Virus record (IMG/VR): IMGVR_UViG_3300023110_001773 | Span: 101,638 to 165,637 of that record | Strand: one strand, 5' to 3' | Origin: a virus | Length of the DNA: 64,000 bases | Part shown: positions 10,573-20,925 of the stretch, piece after piece | How positions within the stretch are numbered: position 1 is the first letter of the stretch | Layout: each line of letters starts with the position of its first letter | Position numbers and translations under genes: made by a program | The notes under the pieces: model-generated | Databases searched by the model: none | Told to the model about the DNA's origin: nothing | What the model saw: only the letters and a program-made list of their open reading frames with translations

Positions 10573-11511
10573 TTAACAGTCAGTCCAAGAACATTTTCCA
10601 TCAGCTTTTTGATCATATTTGTCATAATAGTCATGAACTTTATCTATTGAAAATCCTAGTTTCGCAAGAATCTCCTCTATCCTAGATACGAATGGAGAAG
10701 CTCCCTCCATAATAATTTCTTTAATGTCAATCTCTGGGCCTTCTAAACCAAATTCCGCAACACGAATTTTTATTTGTGCGGTCTTTGAGTCTTCCCATTG
10801 AGGAAGTTCTTTACAAAGTCCTGTGAGATCACCGCCGAGTCCTTGTAAGAACCCCTTTGGATCATCCAGTATTGCATCAATTACTGCATCACTGTTTCCA
10901 TACTTGTTCTTTAGCTGTTGAATCTTCTGATAATACTGAAAAGTGTCATATCCAAATGCGATCAGACCATTTAATTCATCGCCGAACGGCAATTGTTTAC
11001 GAAGTGAATCAAGCAAAGCAGTAGTCGATGGTAAGTCTTTTCTAATAGATGCCAATAACAATGCATATTCTACTTTGAATTTTACCTCAACAGCGGCAAC
11101 ACCAAAAAAATTACAAATCTTATCTGTAAGTTTATCTACTATAGCATCGAATTTATCACTGAGTTCATCGATCTTATCTGATAGTTCTTGAAATTGTTCT
11201 CCAATAGCATCACATCTAGCTTCTTGATCTCTAATCGCCTGTTCACCCTTCAAAAGATCGTCATATCTCTCAAATTGTGCAAATTCTTCATCGGTATAGT
11301 CTAATAACTCTTTGCCAAGATTGAGTGGGTCGGTGATGTCTGGGCCGGGGTAGTCATCCGGCAAAACTTCTTGACTTCTTATAATCTCAATATTCGCTTG
11401 AGCTTCAGATAACTTATTGATACCTTCGGATTTTGCCTGATCTATGGCAGCCTGTGCTTCACTTTTAGCCTTATTGGTAGCGTCCTTAACAAAATCGTCA
11501 ATGTAACCCAC
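10573..11511 (-). CDS. Hypothetical helical protein in the baseplate operon
   Basis: 312-aa ORF with GGAG RBS, between gp5 and gp25. Confidence 0.6.
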   Translation of the reverse strand: MGYIDDFVKDATNKAKSEAQAAIDQAKSEGINKLSEAQANIEIIRSQEVLPDDYPGPDITDPLNLGKELLDYTDEEFAQFERYDDLLKGEQAIRDQEARCDAIGEQFQELSDKIDELSDKFDAIVDKLTDKICNFFGVAAVEVKFKVEYALLLASIRKDLPSTTALLDSLRKQLPFGDELNGLIAFGYDTFQYYQKIQQLKNKYGNSDAVIDAILDDPKGFLQGLGGDLTGLCKELPQWEDSKTAQIKIRVAEFGLEGPEIDIKEIIMEGASPFVSRIEEILAKLGFSIDKVHDYYDKYDQKADGKCSWTDC

Positions 11512-11523
11512 AATATTCTCCCG

Positions 11524-13701
11524 TTATCCTATTGATACCGTAGCACCAGTAACAATTGTTGGACTGGTGATAATACCAAGAGTTGTTGTCGCAGTACCAA
11601 ACATTGATGCGGCTCCACCAGCAGTGACCGTAACAGCACCACCAGCGGTAACAGAAACAAATGCACCAGAAGCTACAACACTTCCTGCACCAGATGTCAT
11701 TGTAGCAGTACCAGCAACAGCATTTGCAAGATATGCACCAGCAGTAACGTTGTTTGCCATGCCACCAGCAGTAACATTATTTGTTATCCCGCCAGCAGTA
11801 ACGTTACTGAGTATTCCTCCGGCAGCAACGTTATTTGCAATACCTCCAGCAATAACAGTATTAAATTGACCACCAGCAACCACGGTGTTATATTGTCCGC
11901 CAGCTTGAACGGTGTTTATCATTCCTCCAAGAAGAATGGTATTGAACATACCTCCAGCAGTCACAAAGTTCTGAATGCCTGGAATCAAACTAAATACACC
12001 AGTATCAACCCCTTGAATATTGTTAATAGCAATACTAGCCTGTCTTGTTGCGTAGCCTGGTTTCAACAAAATAGAAGCGGCTCCAGTAAATGAGGCAGTA
12101 GGGCCAATTTTCTCATAAAGATCAGCAGTAGCACTCAAGTTATATCTAGCAGTAGCGATACTCACACTGGGTGCTGGGTTAAATGGTAAAAATGGGTCTG
12201 GATAAAGTTGTCCAGTGGCAATAGATACATCTTGTTGTGCAAACAATTCTAGTTTGGATACCGATTTTAATAGAGCAGTTGGATCAGCTTTAACGGTAGG
12301 ATCAAATAACATATCACGGAATGCGTCAACGTCCAACTCATATCTCGGGTACACATTAATCTTATGGTTTCCGAATGTGATGTCTTTTCTGTCCTGAGTA
12401 GCAATAGTTTTCCATTTCCCCTTTACTCGCCAGTTTGCTTGTCCAACGACTCTTAGAGAATCGTTTCCAACATAGGCAAGGTCTGGGTCTTGAGAACCCA
12501 CTTGAACGTTTCTATTTTTTCTGATGTGATGATGCATGGTACTTTCAGTATCAATCTCTTCCGTACCTTGAATCTTGCTAATCCTACTACCACGAACAGT
12601 TTGAAAAGCATGACCACTAATGTGTTCTACTTTGTTACCTTTGATGTTTAAGTAATAGTCACCATCCACGGTCATGCTGTAATCACCCCGAACATAAATT
12701 AATTTGTTCTTCAAATCAATTACATAATTGTTCCCAACAACCTTTTCTACTTTGGTTCCATCTGGTTGAATTTCTCTGAAAGTGCCAGCCTTGTGCATTT
12801 CATGAATTCGTTCTGCACCAAGTGTATCATCAACCTCAAATATATGTCCGCTCTCGCTTTCATAAACGTGGTTGTAGGGGTACTCAGACTTAGATTCTTC
12901 TGGGTCTGCGTTTGGGTCTGGTGGGGTAGATTGTGGATGTGGTTCATTCCAACTTCTAGGTCTATACTTTGGGTCTTTGATTTCCAGTCTTTCGCCACTG
13001 CCATCATCTGGGTGAGTAAATCCTTTTGGAGTAGTTCCTCCGCTGGCTAGACTTGCATAAGCCATGGGAATGTCTTTTATTCTCGTTTCTCTTTTCGATT
13101 TCAAAGACCAATGTTCTTCTGCCCACTTTCTCTCACTGTGGTTTCTAGAAAGACGAGAAGAATCGGCTTCTTCTAAAATATTTTCTCCAACGTCCTCCCC
13201 ACCATCTTCGTCATACTCTGGTGTTTCCCTCGGTCTACCGCTAGCATGGGTATCTGGGCCTGGGTCTTTTCTATTTGTTACTTTTCTTTTGGGATACCTA
13301 TAGTGCGGATGAGTTCCTTTTGGATCAAAGAAACCAACCAGACTTCTATCAATATCAATTACTGGGCCCGTATCATCTTCTCTTGGCAAATAAGAAGCAA
13401 CACCAAGTGATCCCATAATGATTGGGATTTGTCCGTTATCACCATCTGCAAAAAATCCAACAACAGCAGAACCCTCTACCAAACCAGTAGGAGAGTGTCC
13501 TATACCAGAAATGCCAGCAGAAGTAATTGGTTGCATTGGTACTGCCCAAGGAAGATGTGCAGTTGGAAGTCTCTCTTTACTCTGGGTATGGTGTCCAAAA
13601 ATACGCACACGATAACGTCCCAACTTTGCTGGGTCATCTCTATCTTCTACGATACCCTGCCACCAAGTAAACTTTGGATATTTTATATCTTTTCTAGCCA
13701 T
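11524..13701 (-). CDS. Baseplate central spike gp5-like (OB fold + beta-helix, no evident lysozyme domain)
   Basis: WWQGIVEDRDDPAKLGRYRVRIFG, EYPYNHVYESESGHIFEVDDT motifs; C-terminal 9-aa repeats. Confidence 0.9.
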   Translation of the reverse strand: MARKDIKYPKFTWWQGIVEDRDDPAKLGRYRVRIFGHHTQSKERLPTAHLPWAVPMQPITSAGISGIGHSPTGLVEGSAVVGFFADGDNGQIPIIMGSLGVASYLPREDDTGPVIDIDRSLVGFFDPKGTHPHYRYPKRKVTNRKDPGPDTHASGRPRETPEYDEDGGEDVGENILEEADSSRLSRNHSERKWAEEHWSLKSKRETRIKDIPMAYASLASGGTTPKGFTHPDDGSGERLEIKDPKYRPRSWNEPHPQSTPPDPNADPEESKSEYPYNHVYESESGHIFEVDDTLGAERIHEMHKAGTFREIQPDGTKVEKVVGNNYVIDLKNKLIYVRGDYSMTVDGDYYLNIKGNKVEHISGHAFQTVRGSRISKIQGTEEIDTESTMHHHIRKNRNVQVGSQDPDLAYVGNDSLRVVGQANWRVKGKWKTIATQDRKDITFGNHKINVYPRYELDVDAFRDMLFDPTVKADPTALLKSVSKLELFAQQDVSIATGQLYPDPFLPFNPAPSVSIATARYNLSATADLYEKIGPTASFTGAASILLKPGYATRQASIAINNIQGVDTGVFSLIPGIQNFVTAGGMFNTILLGGMINTVQAGGQYNTVVAGGQFNTVIAGGIANNVAAGGILSNVTAGGITNNVTAGGMANNVTAGAYLANAVAGTATMTSGAGSVVASGAFVSVTAGGAVTVTAGGAASMFGTATTTLGIITSPTIVTGATVSIG
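11700..11975 (-). repeat. 9-aa coding repeat (GGxxNxVxA) in the gp5 C-terminus
   Basis: GGMINTVQA GGQYNTVVA GGQFNTVIA GGIANNVAA GGILSNVTA GGITNNVTA GGMANNVTA. Confidence 0.85.
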
Positions 13702-13703
13702 AA

Positions 13704-15104
13704 TTATTTCTGCTCGTGCGAGTCCCTGATAACTTCCAGTTTCATTTTATGTTCAAATGCATCACCAAACATAAAGTCGTGGCGAATGCCTATGATCTGA
13801 TATAATCCAGATAATTTTTTATCTAGTTTCAAACTTTCTGGGGGATTTTCTCCCTTTTCTTCTGGGTTTGGAAATTGCAAATAAACCAACATACCCAAGT
13901 CAACATCTGTCCTTCCGTTTACATTAATATCTATTTGGTGTCGTGTCAGTTCAGCAATAGCACTATCTCGGAAAGAAATATTTTCAAAATGGAATTTGTC
14001 ATATCCAAATTCTTTATCATCCCACAAATTGTGATTACCCATAGCAACATTAACGTTTGAAAATGGATGAAACATAATACCAGAGTGGATGGGGTTTACC
14101 CTTTGTTTGTCATATAGATGATAGAAACTATCATATGTAAAATCTAATAGCGCCTGATTACCTTTGACCTTAGGCAAGTTTCCATTGGGTACACCAGCTT
14201 GATTAGGCGTGTAATCAAACATCATTAGATATGGCATTCTTTTTCCCATATCAAATCCAACCGTAAGACTTCCCATATATCCAGTATTTAAATCATGGTA
14301 AATGTCTGTAAATGTTGGATGAGATACCCCATCCATAACCACATATTTTTCGTGAATCCAAGGGTGAATGTAGTTATACGATGGTTCTCTGGAGTCACCC
14401 TCCGACCTTTCCATCTGTTCAGAAACATAGTTAAAACAGTCATATACCAGTCTGTTCGATTTGTATATATGAGCCATTTTTGATAAACTAGTACAATAGT
14501 TTTTCTTGTCACTCTGGAAAAAGAGTGTGTTTGGCATATACTCTGGAGAACCTTTTGGTGCGGCCTGTCGGCAAACGTAATTCATACATTTAAACCCAGA
14601 CCAATAATTCGCTACAAAAACAAACTCTTCTCTCTTGAATTCTAAACCAAAAAAATCTAATCCCTTGTCTACAGCAATAAACTCGTCATAAATCTGTTGT
14701 AATACCGCTTTTGGTTTTCCATCAAATCTTTTTGTTGCAACCATACTAGAATCACGATAAGCTTCTTCGGATGACAATCTAAGAGTATACATAGATTCTC
14801 TATCTTCTTTCAAAACTCTGTTGGTAATTCCAGTTACAACAAAAGTATATTTTAAAGGTGTGACTCCCTGTTCAGATTGAAACTCCACAATAACCTTTTC
14901 GGTTCCTCTGAGTTTTAATCTTCTTACTAAGTTTTTTGCATCACCAATAGCCAACTCCCCAAAAATGCCTTGGGTTAGTACGTTTTCAAAAATGGTTAAT
15001 TGTCCAGCAAAGTTCTGTAAATCTTGTGTACCACCCTCTCCCACCAACTTGAAGACGTTTGGTCTAAATCGGCCAGGAACGGTTCTGGGTTTTGTATTCG
15101 ACAT
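13704..15104 (-). CDS. Baseplate hub protein (gp27-like)
   Basis: Position between gp53 and gp5; C-terminal LSGLYQIIGIRHDF motif. Confidence 0.7.
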   Translation of the reverse strand: MSNTKPRTVPGRFRPNVFKLVGEGGTQDLQNFAGQLTIFENVLTQGIFGELAIGDAKNLVRRLKLRGTEKVIVEFQSEQGVTPLKYTFVVTGITNRVLKEDRESMYTLRLSSEEAYRDSSMVATKRFDGKPKAVLQQIYDEFIAVDKGLDFFGLEFKREEFVFVANYWSGFKCMNYVCRQAAPKGSPEYMPNTLFFQSDKKNYCTSLSKMAHIYKSNRLVYDCFNYVSEQMERSEGDSREPSYNYIHPWIHEKYVVMDGVSHPTFTDIYHDLNTGYMGSLTVGFDMGKRMPYLMMFDYTPNQAGVPNGNLPKVKGNQALLDFTYDSFYHLYDKQRVNPIHSGIMFHPFSNVNVAMGNHNLWDDKEFGYDKFHFENISFRDSAIAELTRHQIDINVNGRTDVDLGMLVYLQFPNPEEKGENPPESLKLDKKLSGLYQIIGIRHDFMFGDAFEHKMKLEVIRDSHEQK

Positions 15105-15106
15105 AA

Positions 15107-15613
15107 TTAAGCTCTAAGCAATGATTCGTATTGTCTTGCAAACGAAATGATATATTCTTTTTTTACTAGAAAAATATTTCTTCGTTTTTCATTTTCTTCT
15201 ACTTCGTGTTCAAAGTTTGTTATAGGAACAATTTGTCCACCAACTCCATCCAAGTGATCAAAGTCTACTTGGATGTCTGTCCCAGCAAATATATAATGGT
15301 GGGCCTCGTTTAATCTTTCTGAACTTCCATATTTTGCCAAAGCCCAGTCTCTAAGTTCTTCCGCCGGTTTTAACCAGTCATGATAAGGATTAATAATATC
15401 ATTTACCAAAAGTATAGTCCAATAATATTCAACATGTCCGTAGTAATCGTATGAAATTTGCCACGGAGTCTGACCATCTCTCAAAGTGATTTTTTCAAGT
15501 ATCAAAACCTCATCGATTCTTTCGTTCGGTGCAACCCTACGAAAAATATCAGGGGTATCTATTTCAACCCCATCAATAACATAGTTTCTTCTAGGAAACC
15601 TATCAAAGAACAT
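15107..15613 (-). CDS. Baseplate wedge subunit gp53
   Basis: TPWQISYDYYG..YYWTILLVNDIINPYHDW motif. Confidence 0.9.
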   Translation of the reverse strand: MFFDRFPRRNYVIDGVEIDTPDIFRRVAPNERIDEVLILEKITLRDGQTPWQISYDYYGHVEYYWTILLVNDIINPYHDWLKPAEELRDWALAKYGSSERLNEAHHYIFAGTDIQVDFDHLDGVGGQIVPITNFEHEVEENEKRRNIFLVKKEYIISFARQYESLLRA

Positions 15614-15624
15614 TGTATCTACTC

Positions 15625-16665
15625 CTACTTAATATCTTTTCTATCTCTGAGAAGAATTTCTTTAAACATCAGAGACAAGGTAATTTCTGTTGGCGCACCA
15701 CCTTCAAAACTAGTCATAAAACCATTGTGTCCATAGTCTACTTTCATATCAGTAAGAACACATGTGTTAAGTTCATTCAACCAAGTGTTTTTCTTATTGT
15801 CGTATCGATATTCGATTTGAAATTCTGAAGGATATCTTAAAAATATTTTTTCTTTTTCTGGGTGCATGTGATATTCTAATTGATATAAAATATCTTTGAC
15901 AGTTGCAGATTCAGCGGCAGATTTCGGAGCAAATTTAAATTGCATCGGAAAACTTCTGAAGTTCATGGTTTTAAATAATTGTTCTTTGAAGGGGTTTTCT
16001 ACTTTTCTAGTAAATACTTGAATGCCATCGGAAACTGGAAGATTGATTCCCAATTGTTTTCCTATGTTAAATATAGAAGCTAACTGTCTTGTTGCGTACT
16101 CAGAGCCCGTCCCAACATTTTTAGAAATGCTTTCCAACACATCATTCATAGAAGCATCTTTTCTAAACTGTTCTATAGCTGCACCAAGAAGACCAAAATC
16201 AGTAGCATCCCACTGAGCAGAGATTCTGTTTTCTGGTGCATTTGTCATGGCCAAAGTAATAGTACCAGCAGCGGTTGTTCTTCCTTGACTGAAATTCCTC
16301 ATAAATCCAGCAGCAGCCTCAGAAGCGGTACTGACAACTGCTTCTCCAACACTCAATCCACCACCCTCTGCACTTGTTGCAGCATTGAAATTACCAGCAG
16401 CACTCTCTGCGGAACTGGCAGCACCGGCAGCACCATCAGGATTAATTCCTCCAGTGCCGCCTTTGTTAGTCCTTATGGAAATGTGTACAGTATGCAAGTA
16501 ATTTCCACTGGCAGCATCACTCGGCCACTGGTGAGAAAAAAAATCAGTTGCAGTACTTTCTACAGTATTTCCAGTATCATTTCCAACACTGCTAACATCA
16601 CCAGTACCTTCAGCGGCACTGGTTGATGGAGTTGTTGATACTGCGCCTGGAGTTGTATCTGGCAT
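15625..16665 (-). CDS. Baseplate tail-tube cap gp48
   Basis: NPFKEQLFKTMNFRSF.MQFKFAPKS..ES, LSLMFKE motifs. Confidence 0.85.
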   Translation of the reverse strand: MPDTTPGAVSTTPSTSAAEGTGDVSSVGNDTGNTVESTATDFFSHQWPSDAASGNYLHTVHISIRTNKGGTGGINPDGAAGAASSAESAAGNFNAATSAEGGGLSVGEAVVSTASEAAAGFMRNFSQGRTTAAGTITLAMTNAPENRISAQWDATDFGLLGAAIEQFRKDASMNDVLESISKNVGTGSEYATRQLASIFNIGKQLGINLPVSDGIQVFTRKVENPFKEQLFKTMNFRSFPMQFKFAPKSAAESATVKDILYQLEYHMHPEKEKIFLRYPSEFQIEYRYDNKKNTWLNELNTCVLTDMKVDYGHNGFMTSFEGGAPTEITLSLMFKEILLRDRKDIK

Positions 16666-16701
16666 GATTGTATTACCTAAATAGTTATTTGGTTATGGGA
16701 C

Positions 16702-16709
16702 TATTTATA
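16702..16709 (-). promoter_or_regulatory. Late promoter TATAAATA for the gp48 operon; a divergent CTAAATA variant at 16677-16683 faces gp4
   Basis: Consensus in the divergent intergenic region. Confidence 0.65.
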
Positions 16710-17149
16710 TGCCTTATAGAAAAGATTTGCATCAAGGACGATTTATTCCTAAAAATCCTAAGAAATATCGTGGAAATTCTAACCAAATCATATATCGATC
16801 TGGATATGAGTTGAAATTCATGAATTGGTGTGACATGAATCCAGATGTTAAGTTCTGGTCTTCAGAATCAATAGTAATTCCCTACAAGTCTCCTTTAGAT
16901 AAAAGAGTACACAGATACTTTGTTGACTTCTACGCCAACATCAAAGGAAAGTCATATCTAATAGAAATCAAACCCTCTAGATTTACAAGACCACCAGAAC
17001 CAAGAAAGAGAACAAAAAAATATCTAGAAGAAGTGGCTCAATGGGGAGTCAATGAAGCCAAGTGGAAATCTGCAAAAGAATTTTGTCTTGATCGGGGGTG
17101 GGAATTTAAGATAATCACAGAAAAGGAGTTGGGAATCTCTTATAAATAG
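16709..17149 (+). CDS. Head completion nuclease gp4
   Basis: PKNPKKYRG, YRSGYELKFMNWCD, HRYFVDF, IEIKP motifs. Confidence 0.92.
   Translation: MPYRKDLHQGRFIPKNPKKYRGNSNQIIYRSGYELKFMNWCDMNPDVKFWSSESIVIPYKSPLDKRVHRYFVDFYANIKGKSYLIEIKPSRFTRPPEPRKRTKKYLEEVAQWGVNEAKWKSAKEFCLDRGWEFKIITEKELGISYK
17141..17148 (+). promoter_or_regulatory. Late promoter TATAAATA
   Basis: Exact consensus 6 nt before the ATG at 17155. Confidence 0.75.
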
Positions 17150-17154
17150 TGTTC

Positions 17155-17724
17155 ATGGCAAACCCATTTGAACAAATAAGAGCCAATTCTAACGATCAAT
17201 CAAAATCGTATAATTGGTACATGAACCAAGTTAGGAACGTTGCGAGAGGAATTAATAATCCTAGTACAGCGATGTCTTCTAGCATTGCAAAAAGACAAGG
17301 GTCATATGACATCGGTTCTATGTATTTGTTTAGATATGATGCAAAACACAAAAGTAAGTTGCCATACTTTGACGCATTTCCTCTGTGTCTACCATTTGAA
17401 CCAACCAACGATGGTTTCTGGGGAATGAATTTACATTATCTACCATATCTTTTACGAGCAAAACTGTTGGGCAAATTACTGGAAACCATGAACGATCAGA
17501 AACTCACATCACAGTCTCAGATGTCATACAATTGGGATTTGTTGAGTAGTGCGGCCAGATTTCCAGAAGTAAAACCCTGTGTAAAAAGATATCTGAATAC
17601 TCAGATGCGTAGTTCTTTTTACAGGATCGATCCATTGGATTGGAAGGCTGCAATCTTTTTGCCAGTAGAAGATTTCAATACTAGTAAGAGCAAAGTATTT
17701 TCAGATTCTAGAGGAATAATGTAA
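17155..17724 (+). CDS. DNA end protector gp2
   Basis: GSMYLFRYDAKHKSKLPYFDAFPL, GMNLHYLP motifs; start moved to ATG 17155. Confidence 0.9.
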   Translation: MANPFEQIRANSNDQSKSYNWYMNQVRNVARGINNPSTAMSSSIAKRQGSYDIGSMYLFRYDAKHKSKLPYFDAFPLCLPFEPTNDGFWGMNLHYLPYLLRAKLLGKLLETMNDQKLTSQSQMSYNWDLLSSAARFPEVKPCVKRYLNTQMRSSFYRIDPLDWKAAIFLPVEDFNTSKSKVFSDSRGIM

Positions 17725-18320
17725 TGAGTCTTAGTAGATTCTTGGGTCACGTTCAAGGAAACGACTTAGCAAGAGCAAACAGATTTGAAGTAGAAATTTA
17801 TGGGCCTGGTAGCGGAAGGTTGCCATCACTATTATGTGAAGAAGCTCAGATACCAGGCTTGCAAGCACTGTGGTCTCCAACAAAAATAGGAATGTGGACT
17901 GAAAACAGAGTTCACGGCATGGAATTTTTTGGGGAATCAGCTGCATTCACTTTCTATTGCGACACGGACTGGAATGTAAGATCGTATTTTGAAAACTGGA
18001 TGCAACAAGTAGCATCTTTTGAAACCAAAGAACCAAAATATCAAGACACCTATGTTGGGGAAGTTAAAGTAAAAGTACTCAACAGAAGAGACAGTGAAAG
18101 AAAATCTTGGACTATGAAAGAAGCCTTTCCAAGACTATTGAATATTATTCCAGTAGCTCAGGGTGGCGATGGCATTGTAAGAGTGACAGTAACGTTTGCA
18201 TTTAGAAGTTGGGAAGCAGGCGGCGGTGGCGGTTCAAGTATTGCGGATATTTACGACACGATCACTGGTGGTGGAAACGTGAGAGAGAAAATGAGAGATG
18301 TATTGGACAAAGTTTTTTAA
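17724..18320 (+). CDS. Baseplate tail-tube initiator gp54-like
   Basis: LARANRFEV, LLCEEAQIPG, VTFAFRSW tail-tube fold motifs; synteny. Confidence 0.8.
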   Translation: MSLSRFLGHVQGNDLARANRFEVEIYGPGSGRLPSLLCEEAQIPGLQALWSPTKIGMWTENRVHGMEFFGESAAFTFYCDTDWNVRSYFENWMQQVASFETKEPKYQDTYVGEVKVKVLNRRDSERKSWTMKEAFPRLLNIIPVAQGGDGIVRVTVTFAFRSWEAGGGGGSSIADIYDTITGGGNVREKMRDVLDKVF

Positions 18321-18340
18321 TTAATTGGAGTTTTTAAATT

Positions 18341-19036
18341 ATGGGATTACCTATTACAGAATACCCGCTAGTTGAGGTTTATGTTTATTCAGAAAAAAAG
18401 AAGGTCAATTTCAGACCATTTTTAGTAAAAGAAGAAAAACTATTAGTATTTGCAGCTGAAACTGGTGAGGCCATGGAAATGATAAAGGCCTCCCAGCAGA
18501 TTGTCACCAACTGTTCTTTTGGAAAAGTTAAGGGTGATGAGATACCAATTTTTGACATGCAAAATATATTTCTTGAACTTAGAAAAGCTTCTATAGGAAC
18601 AGATATTGAAGCGAGGTTTGGATGCGGTCATTGCGAAAAGAAAACCAATGTTACAATTGATTTAAACAGGTTTAAACTAAAAGAAAGTGAAGATCATTCT
18701 CCAATTGTAAAACTAACAGATGAAATGTCTGTCGAAATGAGGTATCCGAAATCGGAAGAACTCAAAGAGATTGCAGGCAAAGAATCCGATGCAGATATCT
18801 ATGAAGTATCATCAAGGTGTATAGAGAAAATTTTTATTAAAGATGAAGTCTATGAAGAAATTAGTGACGGGGATAAAAGAGAATTCATTGACAACATGCC
18901 CCCAACACAGTTTCAAAGTATTAGACAATTCTTTGAGACAATGCCGGTATTAGAAAACAAAATAGAATTTATTTGTAATGGTTGCGGTAGAGAAAATTAT
19001 GCATTTATGAATGGGTACATGGATTTTTTCGTATAA
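18341..19036 (+). CDS. Baseplate hub assembly chaperone gp26
   Basis: FRPFLVKEEKLL, two CxxC pairs, terminal DFF. Confidence 0.88.
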   Translation: MGLPITEYPLVEVYVYSEKKKVNFRPFLVKEEKLLVFAAETGEAMEMIKASQQIVTNCSFGKVKGDEIPIFDMQNIFLELRKASIGTDIEARFGCGHCEKKTNVTIDLNRFKLKESEDHSPIVKLTDEMSVEMRYPKSEELKEIAGKESDADIYEVSSRCIEKIFIKDEVYEEISDGDKREFIDNMPPTQFQSIRQFFETMPVLENKIEFICNGCGRENYAFMNGYMDFFV

Positions 19037-19209
19037 ACCTCTTCCATGAAAATCTCGAAAACTATTTCAAAACCAACTTTTTATTGATGCAAGAACATAA
19101 ATATAGTTTAACAGAGATTGAGAATTGGATGCCTTGGGAGAGGACAGTTTACATTTCCATGCTAGTTCAACACTTAAAAAAGAAATCAGAAAAATCAAAG
19201 AGTCGATAA
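19024..19209 (+). CDS. gp51-like hub assembly protein, probably reached by -1 frameshift from gp26 (first ATG at 19087)
   Basis: Not in the ORF track. Frame reads FFRINLFHENLENYFKTNFLLMQEHKYSLTEIENWMPWERTVYISMLVQHLKKKSEKSKSR*; YSLTEIENxMPWER is the gp51 signature. Confidence 0.8.
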   Translation, partial: FFRINLFHENLENYFKTNFLLMQEHKYSLTEIENWMPWERTVYISMLVQHLKKKSEKSKSR

Positions 19210-20925
19210 ATGGCGCCATTTTTTACTAGTTTGTTGGGATTTGGGTCGAGAACAATCGGCGGCCTTGGCCGTGCAATAATGAATCCCATAAAGAAGGTTG
19301 GGGGTCTGTTAGGAAACGCTGGCAAGGCTGGTGCTTATTATGGACTAGGAAATGCACTTTTTGGTGGCAACAACAACGAAGAACAAATTCAATCCGGCGG
19401 TTCTGGTGGCGGTGAAATGGGTGGATTCGGTGGAACCGTATCCGGCGCAACACCAGTAAGTACCGCAGCCTCTGCAACAAGTGCTTTGTCAGATGCAGAT
19501 AGTTCTGATCCAGTCGTAAGACAATTACAGGACATCGAAAGAGTCTTAGTATCAATCAAAGGTGATACATCCCAATTTGTTGGGGGAATGTCAAGAGCCG
19601 CACAAGCTGGCCCAAATAAAAATGCGTTGAGAAATATGTTCGGCCGCAGTGGTGGTGGTATTGGCCCCGCAGCTGCTGGTGGACTTGGACTCGCTTCACT
19701 TTTTGCATTGGGTATGGCCGGCAAGATGGGAGACAATGACAAAGGTGATACCGAGGCAGGAACTCAAGAAAGATTCGATGCCACCATAGGAAATGAATTA
19801 GAAGATTTCGGCGCCACCGCTGGGATGAAGGCGGCAGGAATAGCAGCTGGTGCAGCTGGAGAAAGAGCATCAAAGGCAGCTATAGAAGCAGGAGCAAACA
19901 GAGCAGGAAAAATGGCCGCCTCTACTATAGACACAAGTACTGGCGGGGTGAAATTTGATAGAAATGGTACTGCAATTAATAAAGCTGGAGATGAAGTACA
20001 TGGAGCAGCAAAAGAATCTGCAAGACAATCAATGGAAAAACTCCAGAAAGAAGCAGCAGAAGCAGCTTCAGAAACAGCTGCAAAAAATCCACAAATAGCA
20101 GCGAAGATAACAGCATCTATCGCCAAAAACCTTGGTCAAACTGGTGCGAAAGTTTTACCATTTGTAGGAGCAGGGTTTAACCTAATTTTTGCAATGGAAA
20201 AGGCTATAGCAGGGGATTGGAAAGGAGCTGCATTAGAAACTGCTGGTATGATTCCTTTTGCCGGAATAGGTGCTGACGTTGGTTCCTTGGTAAGAGATGT
20301 CTATAAAGACGTATATGATGTATTCCCAGAAGATGACTCAGAGAATTATGAGGAACGATTCCCAGAATTATTTAACATGGTTACTAGTGCTATTGCTGAC
20401 TTGATGTCCTCTAACATGGATAATGCTGTAAATGATCTAGAAGCAGTAGAGGCTAGACCAGAAGTTTCAGATCGTATGACTGGTAGACGGCGAGGACGAG
20501 CTCTAGAGAGACAAAGATCATGGGACAACAAATATGGAAATACACACAATGCAGATGGTAGTGTAAAAGCAGAACTATTAGAAAGTGCGGTGGAAGCAAG
20601 AATAGATACCAATCCTGATCAAACTACTAGTATGATGGATGCAGCAATCGAAACTGGACAAGAAGCTCTTGGTGGATTGGGAGTTGATGTTCCCCTAAAT
20701 GATTCTGCTAGAGTAGAGGATATGACTACATCAAGTTTTGAACAGACCAATGCATCATCTAATGATGCTCTAGTAGCTGCTCTTGGTGGAATGCCTGGGG
20801 CAACAGCTCCAGTACAAGGCGGACAGGGAGAAATCTCTGTACATGTGTCTTCTCCAAAAACAAGTTTCCCACAGTCAAATTCTGAATTGACTTGGATAAA
20901 CAGCAACGCATCTGGATTTGTTTAA
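19210..20925 (+). CDS. Tape measure-like protein (gp29-like)
   Basis: Ala/Gly-rich, KVLPFVGAG..AGDWKGAALE motif, follows gp26/gp51. Confidence 0.65.
   Translation: MAPFFTSLLGFGSRTIGGLGRAIMNPIKKVGGLLGNAGKAGAYYGLGNALFGGNNNEEQIQSGGSGGGEMGGFGGTVSGATPVSTAASATSALSDADSSDPVVRQLQDIERVLVSIKGDTSQFVGGMSRAAQAGPNKNALRNMFGRSGGGIGPAAAGGLGLASLFALGMAGKMGDNDKGDTEAGTQERFDATIGNELEDFGATAGMKAAGIAAGAAGERASKAAIEAGANRAGKMAASTIDTSTGGVKFDRNGTAINKAGDEVHGAAKESARQSMEKLQKEAAEAASETAAKNPQIAAKITASIAKNLGQTGAKVLPFVGAGFNLIFAMEKAIAGDWKGAALETAGMIPFAGIGADVGSLVRDVYKDVYDVFPEDDSENYEERFPELFNMVTSAIADLMSSNMDNAVNDLEAVEARPEVSDRMTGRRRGRALERQRSWDNKYGNTHNADGSVKAELLESAVEARIDTNPDQTTSMMDAAIETGQEALGGLGVDVPLNDSARVEDMTTSSFEQTNASSNDALVAALGGMPGATAPVQGGQGEISVHVSSPKTSFPQSNSELTWINSNASGFV

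Noticed and set aside
16709-17149. TnsA-like transposase
   Set aside because: This is gp4 in its normal morphogenesis context; no other transposon genes
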